Origin: a virus
Taxonomy: Duplodnaviria > Caudoviricetes
DNA: 34,198 nt
Virus record (IMG/VR): IMGVR_UViG_3300050194_000006
Span: 1 to 34,198 of that record
Direction: 5' to 3' (one strand)
Shown: piece by piece, positions 26,539 to 34,198 of the stretch
Layout of the letters: each line of letters opens with the position of its first letter
Position numbering within the stretch: position 1 is the first letter of the stretch
Position numbers and translations under genes: made by a program
Notes under the pieces: generated by a model
The model's database searches: none
What the model saw: the letters and a program-made list of their open reading frames with translations, nothing else
What the model was told of the DNA's origin: nothing

Positions 26539-27014
26539 GCCAAAGAAGATACATACAAGATAAATTGACTAGTGGTAGTAACATTAAAACTATCAACGGT
26601 TCGACTATTTTAGGTAGTGGAAATTTGGTAGTTGGTGGGTCATTTAGCGGTACTATGGACGATATTGCAAATGGCACTACGTATGTAAAAACTGAGAATA
26701 ATTATACAGATTCTGAGGTTACAAAACTTGCAGGTATTGCTTCGGGTGCTGAAGTAAATGTCAATGCTGATTGGGATGCTATAAGTGGCGATTCTCAGAT
26801 ATTAAATAAACCTACAATAAGCGGAACAAATACAGGAGATAACGCAATTAACACTTTGTATAATGGGTTACTAACTATTCAACAACAGCCTAAAATAGTT
26901 AGTTCTAACATAACAATACAAGCTAATTATTCAGCAATTGTAATAGGAAAATATAAAGTAAACTCAGGAATAAAACTAGTAATTAACTCAGATGCAACAT
27001 TAAGAATTTTATAA
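26535..27014 (+). CDS. fibre-like structural protein
   Basis: IKTINGSTILGSG, KLAGIASGAEVNVNADW and ILNKP fibre motifs. Confidence 0.6.
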   Translation: MSQRRYIQDKLTSGSNIKTINGSTILGSGNLVVGGSFSGTMDDIANGTTYVKTENNYTDSEVTKLAGIASGAEVNVNADWDAISGDSQILNKPTISGTNTGDNAINTLYNGLLTIQQQPKIVSSNITIQANYSAIVIGKYKVNSGIKLVINSDATLRIL

Positions 27015-27015
27015 A

Positions 27016-27600
27016 ATGGCAGAATTAGATTTAACATCAATAGCGGCTTCAGGAATCTCAACACCTTCAACAGGTGTAACAGCGGTTTATACTGATGCAA
27101 CAACAAAAAGATTAGCTTCTAAAAATGATGCTGGCACGGTTTCGGATTATGTTGATTTAACAAGCACTCAAACTTTAGCAGGTAAGACTTTAACCACTCC
27201 GAATATTGGTGTGGCAACAGGCACTTCTTTAGCGGCAACAGGCGCAATTACAACTTCTTCTGCAACTGCCGCTGGCATTGGATATGCAACAGGCTCAGGT
27301 GGTGCAGTTACACAATTAACATCAAGAACAACAGGTGTAACACTTTCTAAATTGAATGGTGCGATAACATTATTTACAGCGGCAGGTTCAGCAACTTATC
27401 AAAGTTTTACCGTAACAAATACAGCGGTTGCAGTAACGGATAACATTATCATAAGTCAAAAAAGCGGAACAGATACTTACATTGTTTTAGTAACAAATAT
27501 TTCAGCAGGTTCATTCAAGGTTACATTCGCTACAACAGGCGGTACAACTTCTGAAGCACCTGTATTTGTTTTCTCAGTCATAAAAGGAGTTGTAGCTTAA
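27016..27600 (+). CDS. Thr/Ser/Gly-rich fibre/decoration protein
   Basis: QTLAGKTLTTP, GGAVTQLTSRTTGVTL. Confidence 0.6.
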   Translation: MAELDLTSIAASGISTPSTGVTAVYTDATTKRLASKNDAGTVSDYVDLTSTQTLAGKTLTTPNIGVATGTSLAATGAITTSSATAAGIGYATGSGGAVTQLTSRTTGVTLSKLNGAITLFTAAGSATYQSFTVTNTAVAVTDNIIISQKSGTDTYIVLVTNISAGSFKVTFATTGGTTSEAPVFVFSVIKGVVA

Positions 27601-27610
27601 TTTTAAATAT

Positions 27611-28117
27611 ATGAACGCAAATTTAATAACAACAGCAAAGGTTAAAGATATTAGCTACATTGATAAAAATGTAGAAGATAGCATTTTGAAGATTACGATT
27701 CAAAGAGTTCAAGATAATATTATTCAACCTATTATTGGTACAAGTTTATACAAAAGACTTTTAGCAGGTATTATTGCAAACGATCTAAATTCAGATGAAG
27801 ATACTTTATTGAATGATTACATCGCACCTTGTATTGCTTCAGCTTGTGATTATAAGATTATCTATCCAAACATTTATAAGACACGAAATAAAACAGTTGG
27901 TGCAAATCGTGATGAAATAATGACGAACGCAGGAACTTCTGAAGCTACTGAATTACGTAATGAATACCGTAAAGACTTTGAACCTTACAGATTGGCGTTA
28001 ATTGGATTCTTGAAAGATAATGAAACACTTTACCCTGAGTATTACAATTGGGTATGTTCATTTGAAAACATTGCACCAGACAAAGGTAAAACGAAAACAA
28101 ATATTAGATTTATATGA
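27611..28117 (+). CDS. head-tail adaptor-like protein
   Basis: VQD.IIQPIIG..LY, LLNDYIAP, LYPEY. Confidence 0.6.
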   Translation: MNANLITTAKVKDISYIDKNVEDSILKITIQRVQDNIIQPIIGTSLYKRLLAGIIANDLNSDEDTLLNDYIAPCIASACDYKIIYPNIYKTRNKTVGANRDEIMTNAGTSEATELRNEYRKDFEPYRLALIGFLKDNETLYPEYYNWVCSFENIAPDKGKTKTNIRFI

Positions 28118-29910
28118 AGTTAAGCGTTAACCAACTTAGACTAGAATTAGCCGACATACAAAGTTCTCACTTGATGTTACATACATTCTTTTGGGGCGAC
28201 TTTGCACGGGCTGTAAACGAAGAAACTATTAACTATCCTTTAATGGCTTCTTACTATCCTAGTGCTTCAATCCTAGACAATCAAACGTCTATTCCTATTA
28301 CGATTGTTTTAGCTGATAAAATCTATACTGACTATTCTAATTTGAATGATGTTGAAAGTGATACATTGCAATATTGTAGACACATATTCAACATTATGAA
28401 TAAATCGAAACGTTGGCAATTATTAGGGCGTGTTGAATCATGTAGTGTAACTAAGTTTATTGAATCAAATGCAGATATTTGTGCAGGTCATATTATGACA
28501 GTAAATTTCATGCTTAGAGATTCAAACTCTATTTGTGATTTACCTATGAGTGGTTACGATTTTGACCAAGTAATAGGGTCAAGTTGTTTGCCTGTACAGA
28601 TTTATCGTAATGGTGTTTTAGTTGATACGATTGAAAGTGGTGGTATGTACTCTTATATAACTGATGCGTTCACTTACACGATTAAAAACACAGCGTTAAC
28701 TACTTTGTATAGTGGTGATGTAACAAGTAATTTAAACGTTACCATTCAAGATAGTACAGCCGTACTTAAAGATACAACAGGAGATATAATAAGCACAACA
28801 AACATACTAGCAGAAGGTAGTCAAGATATTGTTGCTCCTGATTCCGTTGTTAATTTCAAATATGAAGATGATTCTCCAATAGTTACAAGAAATTATTTAA
28901 GTGGTTCAACACAAGATTTAACACTTGCAAATAATAACGCTACTAACTCAGATGCTAGTTATTCGGAAAGTGTACCTTATGGTGAAACAATAAACTTACC
29001 AGACATCACTATAAACGTACAAAACACTTTAGGCACAACTGTAAATTCTACTACTTCACCAAGTGTTCAAGATGTTATTTTAAACGCACCTGATGCAACT
29101 ATAAACATCAAAAAGTTTGGTGATGGAACTATCGCAAGTATTGACGTACCAAGCGGAACTACGGCAAACTATTCAGTAGCAGACAACGCAATAACAGTAA
29201 ACGGTACAAACGGCTTTACAATAGATGCAACTGACCCGCTAAACATTGTATTGAGTGATGGCACATCAACTGTAACGCCCGTATCTGTAACTCCAAATGC
29301 AGGTTCACATCATGTTGATATAGTTCTACCTACTAACTCCCCTACGTATTCAAGTGCAATGTTAATTAAAACAGGGCAAACTACAAGTTACGCAACTAAT
29401 GACGACGGGGATTTAGAAAAAGGTCGTGGTTCATCTTTCTTTACTTTGGTAGCGAATAATCCATTTGGTAATACAAACAGATTTACAGATACTTTAGGCG
29501 GCACTACATACGCTAATAATATCGTAATTGATTGGAGTACTTACAACGGTTCGACTGTTTTAGGCTATCGTAGAACTGAGTTAAATGTAACTTCAGGCGG
29601 TTGGGCTAGTTGTGTTTCAACTTGTGCGGCACTTTCTTTCGGTGGATTTACAAGCGGTTGGAGATTAGCAAATCTAAACGAGTGGAATAATATCTTAAAC
29701 ATTGAATATACAAACCCTTTAGGATATACACCTTTTAGTTCTTTTGCATGGACTTATAGCTCACATACTTCATCTTCTTTAAAAGTTGCGGCGGCTTCTT
29801 ATTCTTGGGGAGTTCAGGCTTCGGGCTACCAAATAGGCAAAGACAAAACAGAAAACAGTTCATGCTTAGCAGTTAGAACATTTACAGTAACAGGAACAAC
29901 ACTCTCATAA
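28114..29910 (+). CDS. tail-terminator-like N-domain fused to a repeat stalk and a DUF1566/Lcl-like C-terminal domain
   Basis: N-terminal FFWGD...YPL...ESDT...CDLP; middle xPD repeats; KTGQTTSY..DDG and GWRLANLNE. Confidence 0.6.
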   Translation: MKLSVNQLRLELADIQSSHLMLHTFFWGDFARAVNEETINYPLMASYYPSASILDNQTSIPITIVLADKIYTDYSNLNDVESDTLQYCRHIFNIMNKSKRWQLLGRVESCSVTKFIESNADICAGHIMTVNFMLRDSNSICDLPMSGYDFDQVIGSSCLPVQIYRNGVLVDTIESGGMYSYITDAFTYTIKNTALTTLYSGDVTSNLNVTIQDSTAVLKDTTGDIISTTNILAEGSQDIVAPDSVVNFKYEDDSPIVTRNYLSGSTQDLTLANNNATNSDASYSESVPYGETINLPDITINVQNTLGTTVNSTTSPSVQDVILNAPDATINIKKFGDGTIASIDVPSGTTANYSVADNAITVNGTNGFTIDATDPLNIVLSDGTSTVTPVSVTPNAGSHHVDIVLPTNSPTYSSAMLIKTGQTTSYATNDDGDLEKGRGSSFFTLVANNPFGNTNRFTDTLGGTTYANNIVIDWSTYNGSTVLGYRRTELNVTSGGWASCVSTCAALSFGGFTSGWRLANLNEWNNILNIEYTNPLGYTPFSSFAWTYSSHTSSSLKVAAASYSWGVQASGYQIGKDKTENSSCLAVRTFTVTGTTLS

Positions 29911-29911
29911 T

Positions 29912-30133
29912 ATGAAAATAAAACTTAACAACTTTTCCGCTACAATAGATATTGAAAGCGTTGAAATAGCAAGCGTAAACGATAACGTAAAAGCAAAGAC
30001 TGCAAGCGTTGATTTAATAATAAATGCTAAATTTGGCGTAACATTAAACGGCTTCACTTATTCTACCACTTGGGAAGATAGCGAAGTCTTAGAATGGGCA
30101 AATAATGAACTGAATAAATACGTAATAAAATGA
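29912..30133 (+). CDS. small protein, possible fibre chaperone
   Basis: 73 aa directly after the fibre-like gene. Confidence 0.55.
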   Translation: MKIKLNNFSATIDIESVEIASVNDNVKAKTASVDLIINAKFGVTLNGFTYSTTWEDSEVLEWANNELNKYVIK

Positions 30134-30372
30134 GCCTAGAAACCACTCTAAAAGCAATTAAGGACTACGGAATTACGGGGGTGTTAGTCGTTTGGTTATT
30201 TATGACTAATAACCGCCTTACAATTGTTGAGGGAAAACTGTTCGATTGCTATATGACAAAACACGTGAGCGTTGGAACTACTGAAAATGTGCTATTAATT
30301 CCCGAATTTTTGGCAATACTACCGAGTAATCCTGTGGGTAAGATTGAAAAAGTTATATGTAATAACGTATAA
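30130..30372 (+). CDS. single-TM protein (holin/antiholin candidate)
   Basis: YGITGVLVVWLF helix; first gene of the lysis region. Confidence 0.5.
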   Translation: MSLETTLKAIKDYGITGVLVVWLFMTNNRLTIVEGKLFDCYMTKHVSVGTTENVLLIPEFLAILPSNPVGKIEKVICNNV

Positions 30373-30420
30373 AAAACGGCAAAATGTATAGTATATTATT
30401 TAAAATTGTTACATTTAACC

Positions 30421-30480
30421 GTTCATTAGTCAAATCGTTTAGGTTGTTAGCCCCATTTATTTTTGTAAGTGGGGTTTTTT
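30421..30480 (+). ncRNA. putative anti-start-codon small RNA 2
   Basis: TACATTTA box at 30410-30417, TCAT 5 nt later, terminator at 30449-30480; no ORF. Confidence 0.35.
30449..30480 (+). terminator. intrinsic terminator
   Basis: AGCCCCATTTAT/GTAAGTGGGGTT stem followed by a T-run. Confidence 0.75.
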
Positions 30481-30495
30481 AATTATGTTTGCTTA

Positions 30496-30717
30496 ATGAA
30501 AAATATTATAACTCAAATAATTAACGATACACTCAAAAAAGAGGGTAAGTTTAGCAGAACTAGTTTAACGATGTTTTCTGCATGGTTTGTAAGTTTAGTA
30601 ATGTCTACCATTGATTTTGCTTTTAACGGTCTTAGATTCGATGTATGGTGTGTTTTAGTAGGTGTAGCACTTGGTTCTAAAATAACAGATTCATTTAGCA
30701 AGAAAATTGAAAAATAA
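30496..30717 (+). CDS. holin (2 TM)
   Basis: GKFSRTSL followed by two hydrophobic helices and a basic tail; ATG 30496 follows a TATGTTTG box. Confidence 0.6.
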   Translation: MKNIITQIINDTLKKEGKFSRTSLTMFSAWFVSLVMSTIDFAFNGLRFDVWCVLVGVALGSKITDSFSKKIEK

Positions 30718-30748
30718 GTTTATATTTGCCTAAACGAAAAATAAGTTT

Positions 30749-31225
30749 ATGTCAAGAATATACCAACTCCTAATAATCCTAATAGCATTTACACTATCAA
30801 TTGTAGTACTTCTATCATTTGCTTCATGTAGTGATGCTAAACAAGCGCAAAAAGGCCATAATAAGTTTATCAAGCATGGTGGTAAGTTAAGTTTTAAGAC
30901 CGATACCTTAATTATAAAAGACACTATTAAAGGAATTGACGGTAAAGATAGTATCGTGTATCGCGATATGCAATATGTATGCCCTGAACTGCAATTACCT
31001 AAAACACGTTGGCAAACTAGAATTGAATACAGATACAAAACAAAAATAGAAAAGGCTCAAATTAAATGGCAAACTAAATATAAGATTAAGTATGTTAAGC
31101 AATCGAACAAACAAGATAGTAAGGCGTTCAAATGGTATCACTATTTACTGTTAGTTGTTGCTTTCGTATTAGGTGCTTATCTTCGTGGAGTTATAGCAAG
31201 TTTATTTTATGTGATTAAAAAATGA
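30749..31225 (+). CDS. unimolecular-spanin-like lipoprotein
   Basis: N-terminal signal with FASC lipobox and a C-terminal TM helix; TATATTTG box at 30721. Confidence 0.6.
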   Translation: MSRIYQLLIILIAFTLSIVVLLSFASCSDAKQAQKGHNKFIKHGGKLSFKTDTLIIKDTIKGIDGKDSIVYRDMQYVCPELQLPKTRWQTRIEYRYKTKIEKAQIKWQTKYKIKYVKQSNKQDSKAFKWYHYLLLVVAFVLGAYLRGVIASLFYVIKK

Positions 31226-31229
31226 GAAG

Positions 31230-31541
31230 ATGACAGGAAAATATTTAATAACAACAGACGCTTGGTTTATTGCTCCTGATGGTAAAAGTTATACCTCAGT
31301 ATGGGGCAATGTTGAAATTGTAAACGATTCAATTTTAGGAATAAAAACAAATGCAAGGAGTGCGAATTGGTTTGCTAAAATAGGAAGTGAAGATAATCAT
31401 GTAATTGTTGCAGGGTGTCAAATTCACTATGCAGTTAAATGCGAATCGAAACCAAACACAGAAGACGTTGATGATTGGAATGTTGACGCTTCTAATTATC
31501 TTGAATTTAAAAGACCGACAAAAATTTATATAGCTGAATAA
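31230..31541 (+). CDS. hypothetical protein
   Basis: 103-aa ORF inside the lysis region. Confidence 0.7.
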   Translation: MTGKYLITTDAWFIAPDGKSYTSVWGNVEIVNDSILGIKTNARSANWFAKIGSEDNHVIVAGCQIHYAVKCESKPNTEDVDDWNVDASNYLEFKRPTKIYIAE

Positions 31542-31565
31542 TATTAAACGTAAAGACTTAACAAA

Positions 31566-32135
31566 ATGAATTTAGAAACATACATTAATTTTACAAAAAA
31601 GTGGGAAGGTGTACTTTCTAGAGATACAAACGATTCAGCAAGTTCTTATCCATGTCCTACACCGTACAAAGGTAAAAGCGGTTATCATACAAATATTGGA
31701 ATTACCTACAAAGTATGGGTTTCAGTATTCGGTAAAAATAACAATACTCGATTCTTTGAAATGAATAATGAAGATTGGTTTAAGGTATTCAAATCACTTT
31801 ATTGGGATAGCGTAAAAGGAGACGATTACAAGTGTTTTAGCATTGCAGTAATAGTAACAGGCATGGCTTGGGGTTCGGGTGCTTCACGTGCAGGAATTAC
31901 GCTACAACAAGCAATTAATAATTGCGGTGGTAATGTAACAGTTGATGGTAAAATAGGAATGAAAACAGTAGCAGGTGCAAATGCTATAAACGACCTAAAA
32001 CTATTCAACGAATTGATAAGATTAAGAAAGCAATTCTTTTTAGCAATATCTGAAGTTGGAACTAAAAATGCTAAATTCAGAAAAGGTTGGTTAAATAGAC
32101 TTGCCGATTACGAAAAAACTTTTAAGCCTGCATAA
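31566..32135 (+). CDS. endolysin, GH108 with peptidoglycan-binding C-terminus
   Basis: KWEG, TNIGIT, YWD, VDGKIG..T, F.KGWLNR. Confidence 0.85.
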   Translation: MNLETYINFTKKWEGVLSRDTNDSASSYPCPTPYKGKSGYHTNIGITYKVWVSVFGKNNNTRFFEMNNEDWFKVFKSLYWDSVKGDDYKCFSIAVIVTGMAWGSGASRAGITLQQAINNCGGNVTVDGKIGMKTVAGANAINDLKLFNELIRLRKQFFLAISEVGTKNAKFRKGWLNRLADYEKTFKPA

Positions 32136-32149
32136 CGTAGGCTTTTTTT
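32124..32149 (+). terminator. intrinsic terminator
   Basis: AAGCCTGC-ATAAC-GTAGGCTT followed by a T-run. Confidence 0.7.
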
Positions 32150-32169
32150 ATTTAACTAAACTTGAAACT

Positions 32170-32940
32170 ATGAAGAAACGAATGTTTTTCGATATTGAAA
32201 CCTCTTTTAACGTTGGTATATTTTGGCGTAGTGGTTATAATCTAACTATACAACCTGATGACATAATAAAAGAACGTGCTATTATTTGCGTATCTTGGAA
32301 GTGGGAAGGTAGCGACAAAGTACATAACTTGACTTGGGATAAAAACCAATGCGATAAAAAGCTATTAAAAGCCTTTATTAAAGAACTAAACAAAGCAGAT
32401 GAAGCAATCGCACATAATGGGGATAGATTCGATATTAAATGGCTTAGAACACGTTGTTTATTTCATCGTTTAGAAATGTTCCCACAGTATCAAACTATCG
32501 ACACGCTTAAACACGCTAAAAGTCAGTTCAATTTTAATTCTAATAAACTAGATTACATTGCTAAATATTTGGGTGTAGGTGCAAAGATTAAGCATGAAGG
32601 AATTGATATGTGGAAAGCAATTATTTTTGAAAAGGATCAAGATGCTTTAAAGCGAATGGTTGAGTATTGCGACATGGATGTAATAGTACTTGAAAAAGTA
32701 TTTGAAGAATTGCAACCTTATACAAAACCGAAAGTAAATTATTCAGTATTACGTGGCGGTGAAAAATTTGGATGCCCTAATTGCCAAAGTTATGAGATTA
32801 GATTACGTAAAACTTACACAACACCAGCAGGAACTATTCAACATTATATGAGTTGCAATAGTTGTAACAAGTCAAGCTACAAAATAAACAACAAAACATT
32901 CATTGATTATCTAAAATGGAAGATGAAAAACAATTTGTAA
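32170..32940 (+). CDS. DEDDy 3'-5' exonuclease (RNase_H_2/DnaQ-like) with zinc ribbon
   Basis: FDIET, AHNGDRFD, IDT, YCDMDV, CPNC...CNSC; ATG 32170 preferred. Confidence 0.85.
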   Translation: MKKRMFFDIETSFNVGIFWRSGYNLTIQPDDIIKERAIICVSWKWEGSDKVHNLTWDKNQCDKKLLKAFIKELNKADEAIAHNGDRFDIKWLRTRCLFHRLEMFPQYQTIDTLKHAKSQFNFNSNKLDYIAKYLGVGAKIKHEGIDMWKAIIFEKDQDALKRMVEYCDMDVIVLEKVFEELQPYTKPKVNYSVLRGGEKFGCPNCQSYEIRLRKTYTTPAGTIQHYMSCNSCNKSSYKINNKTFIDYLKWKMKNNL

Positions 32941-32994
32941 AACATTTTTTAGTATATTAGCACACAAATCTACCACCAATACGAGTAGATTTTC

Positions 32995-33027
32995 AAGCCA
33001 CCACATTGGATTGTAGGTGGCTTTTTT
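32995..33027 (+). terminator. intrinsic terminator
   Basis: AAGCCACC/GGTGGCTT stem followed by a T-run. Confidence 0.75.
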
Positions 33028-33033
33028 ATGTTA

Positions 33034-33174
33034 TGTATCAATATATCTTGACATTTTACGCAATTTGTATTAAATACTCTTTACATTTTACACATTTTTT
33101 GTAAAAACTATTTACAGTTATGCACTTTTTTACGTATTTATACTTAGTTCTTTCTACGTAGTTCTACTTAGTTG
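33034..33174. repeat. degenerate tandem repeats / operator-like boxes
   Basis: 32-nt units at 33034 and 33066 (24/32 identical); TGTAAA-N5-TTTACA at 33100; TACKTA at 33131, 33141, 33155, 33165. Confidence 0.6.
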
Positions 33175-33207
33175 TGCAAATAATTGTGAAAAAAAATGTT
33201 CAGAAAC

Positions 33208-33237
33208 TTGTTTTATTAAAATACGTTCGTACCTTTG
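33208..33237 (+). promoter_or_regulatory. Bacteroidota sigma70 early promoter
   Basis: TTG-N19-TACCTTTG. Confidence 0.75.
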
Positions 33238-33272
33238 TAAGGTCAATAAGGCAGTAAACAAAAAATAAAATC

Positions 33273-33644
33273 ATGACAACATCAAAACAAATCGTTCGCA
33301 CAATTGCAGATATGGCAAATGATAACGAACAAATGACAAAAAGCATTCTAGGTAAATTCGTAGTTGAGGAATGTGTTAAACTAAGTGAAAAGCCGTTTGT
33401 ATTCAAAGAAGTTAAACCGATAATTGATTCGTGTAGTTATTTGGTTAAACAGATTGAAGATTGCACCGATGGAATTGAAGCACTTGAAAACAAATTAACT
33501 ACAATGAAAAGTTTAAACGATGAAGGTTTTGTATTTCCTTACGAGCCTAAAGATTTCGACAAAGTACAAGAAAGCCTAGATGCTACAATTAGACAAAAAG
33601 AATTATTCACTAAACAGCTTATTGAAGCTATTGAAAAGATTTAA
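33273..33644 (+). CDS. hypothetical protein
   Basis: 123-aa ORF after the promoter and an A-rich leader. Confidence 0.7.
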   Translation: MTTSKQIVRTIADMANDNEQMTKSILGKFVVEECVKLSEKPFVFKEVKPIIDSCSYLVKQIEDCTDGIEALENKLTTMKSLNDEGFVFPYEPKDFDKVQESLDATIRQKELFTKQLIEAIEKI

Positions 33645-33647
33645 GTT

Positions 33648-34187
33648 ATGATTAAAATTGAAATTAAAAACAGATTTACAGGTAGTATAATTTTTACTTA
33701 CGAAAAAGAAAATGCTACTATTAAAGAAGCGGTATTAAAAGCATTAAAAGAAGGTGCTAACTTGTACGGTGCTAACTTGAGAGGTGCTAATCTCGAAAAT
33801 GCTAATCTCGAAAATGCTAATCTCGAAAATGCTAACTTGAGAGGTGCTAATCTCGAAAATGCTAACTTGAGAAGTGCTAATCTCGAAAATGCTAATCTCG
33901 AAAATGCTAATCTCGAAAATGCTTTTCTCAAAAATGCTAATCTCGAAAATGCTAACTTGAGAGGTGCTAATCTCGAAAATGCTAACAGAGTACCTATGTT
34001 TTGCAAATGGACACATGGAACAAAAGGTGATTTAATTCAAATAGGTTGTAAAGAAAAAACTATTGAAGATTGGGATTTATTCTTTGCATCTGATGAAACT
34101 TACGAAACTGATAGAGACACAGATGATTTCAAACAGATACAAGCAGTTTATTTAGCTTACAAATCATATTTAACACATTTAAAATAA
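33648..34187 (+). CDS. pentapeptide repeat protein
   Basis: About 15 ANL(E/R)x repeats; [10 protein letters not shown]-cap and IQIGC C-cap. Confidence 0.92.
   Translation: MIKIEIKNRFTGSIIFTYEKENATIKEAVLKALKEGANLYGANLRGANLENANLENANLENANLRGANLENANLRSANLENANLENANLENAFLKNANLENANLRGANLENANRVPMFCKWTHGTKGDLIQIGCKEKTIEDWDLFFASDETYETDRDTDDFKQIQAVYLAYKSYLTHLK
33756..33986 (+). repeat. 15-bp coding tandem repeat
   Basis: GCTAATCTCGAAAAT and GCTAACTTGAGAGGT units. Confidence 0.9.
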
Positions 34188-34189
34188 TA

Positions 34190-34198
34190 GTTATGAAA
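34190..34198 (+). repeat. 9-nt terminal overlap with positions 1-9
   Basis: GTTATGAAA at both ends. Confidence 0.7.

Noticed and set aside
29360-29910. DUF1566/Lcl-like tip as a diversity-generating retroelement target
   Set aside because: No reverse transcriptase and no second copy (template repeat) of the 3' end seen in the window.
3638-32008. Other short alternative-frame or antisense ORFs inside known genes (e.g. 3638, 4351, 4424, 7147, 8121, 11351, 17750, 21690, 22436, 23239, 25773, 30730, 31826)
   Set aside because: Nested in or largely overlapping well-supported genes, with no motifs or initiation signals.
32170-32940. DNA polymerase fragment
   Set aside because: Only the exonuclease domain and zinc ribbon are present; I saw no polymerase motifs anywhere.
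33698-34016. Two minus-strand repeat ORFs
   Set aside because: Antisense shadows of the pentapeptide repeat.

Overview
AT-rich tailed dsDNA phage genome, siphovirus-like and probably complete: the last 9 nt repeat the first 9 nt and the reading frame continues across the join. TAnnTTTG promoters, A-rich leaders without Shine-Dalgarno sequences and the gene content point to a Bacteroidota (Flavobacteriia-like) host. Nearly all genes are on the + strand. Order: DnaA-C-like HTH; a structured non-coding, origin-like region; SF3-type helicase, SF2 helicase and VRR-NUC; a recombination module and small early genes; sigma-like regulator; TerS/TerL; two glycosyltransferases; tail genes and tape measure; protease-scaffold, capsid, tail tube, portal, neck and fibre genes; lysis genes (holins, u-spanin-like protein, GH108 endolysin); DEDD exonuclease; pentapeptide-repeat protein. 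I saw no integrase, DNA polymerase, tRNA, CRISPR or RT. The most interesting signals are non-coding: (1) a promoter- and terminator-bounded small RNA antisense to a start-codon context shared by several phage genes, plus a second RNA of the same design; (2) a P4 CI / P1 C4-like RNA switch upstream of the helicase operon; (3) a -1 frameshift cassette in a displaced tail chaperone gene; (4) a candidate phage-specific late promoter; (5) GGCC sites concentrated in the replication module. All product calls come from motif recognition by eye, not database searches.
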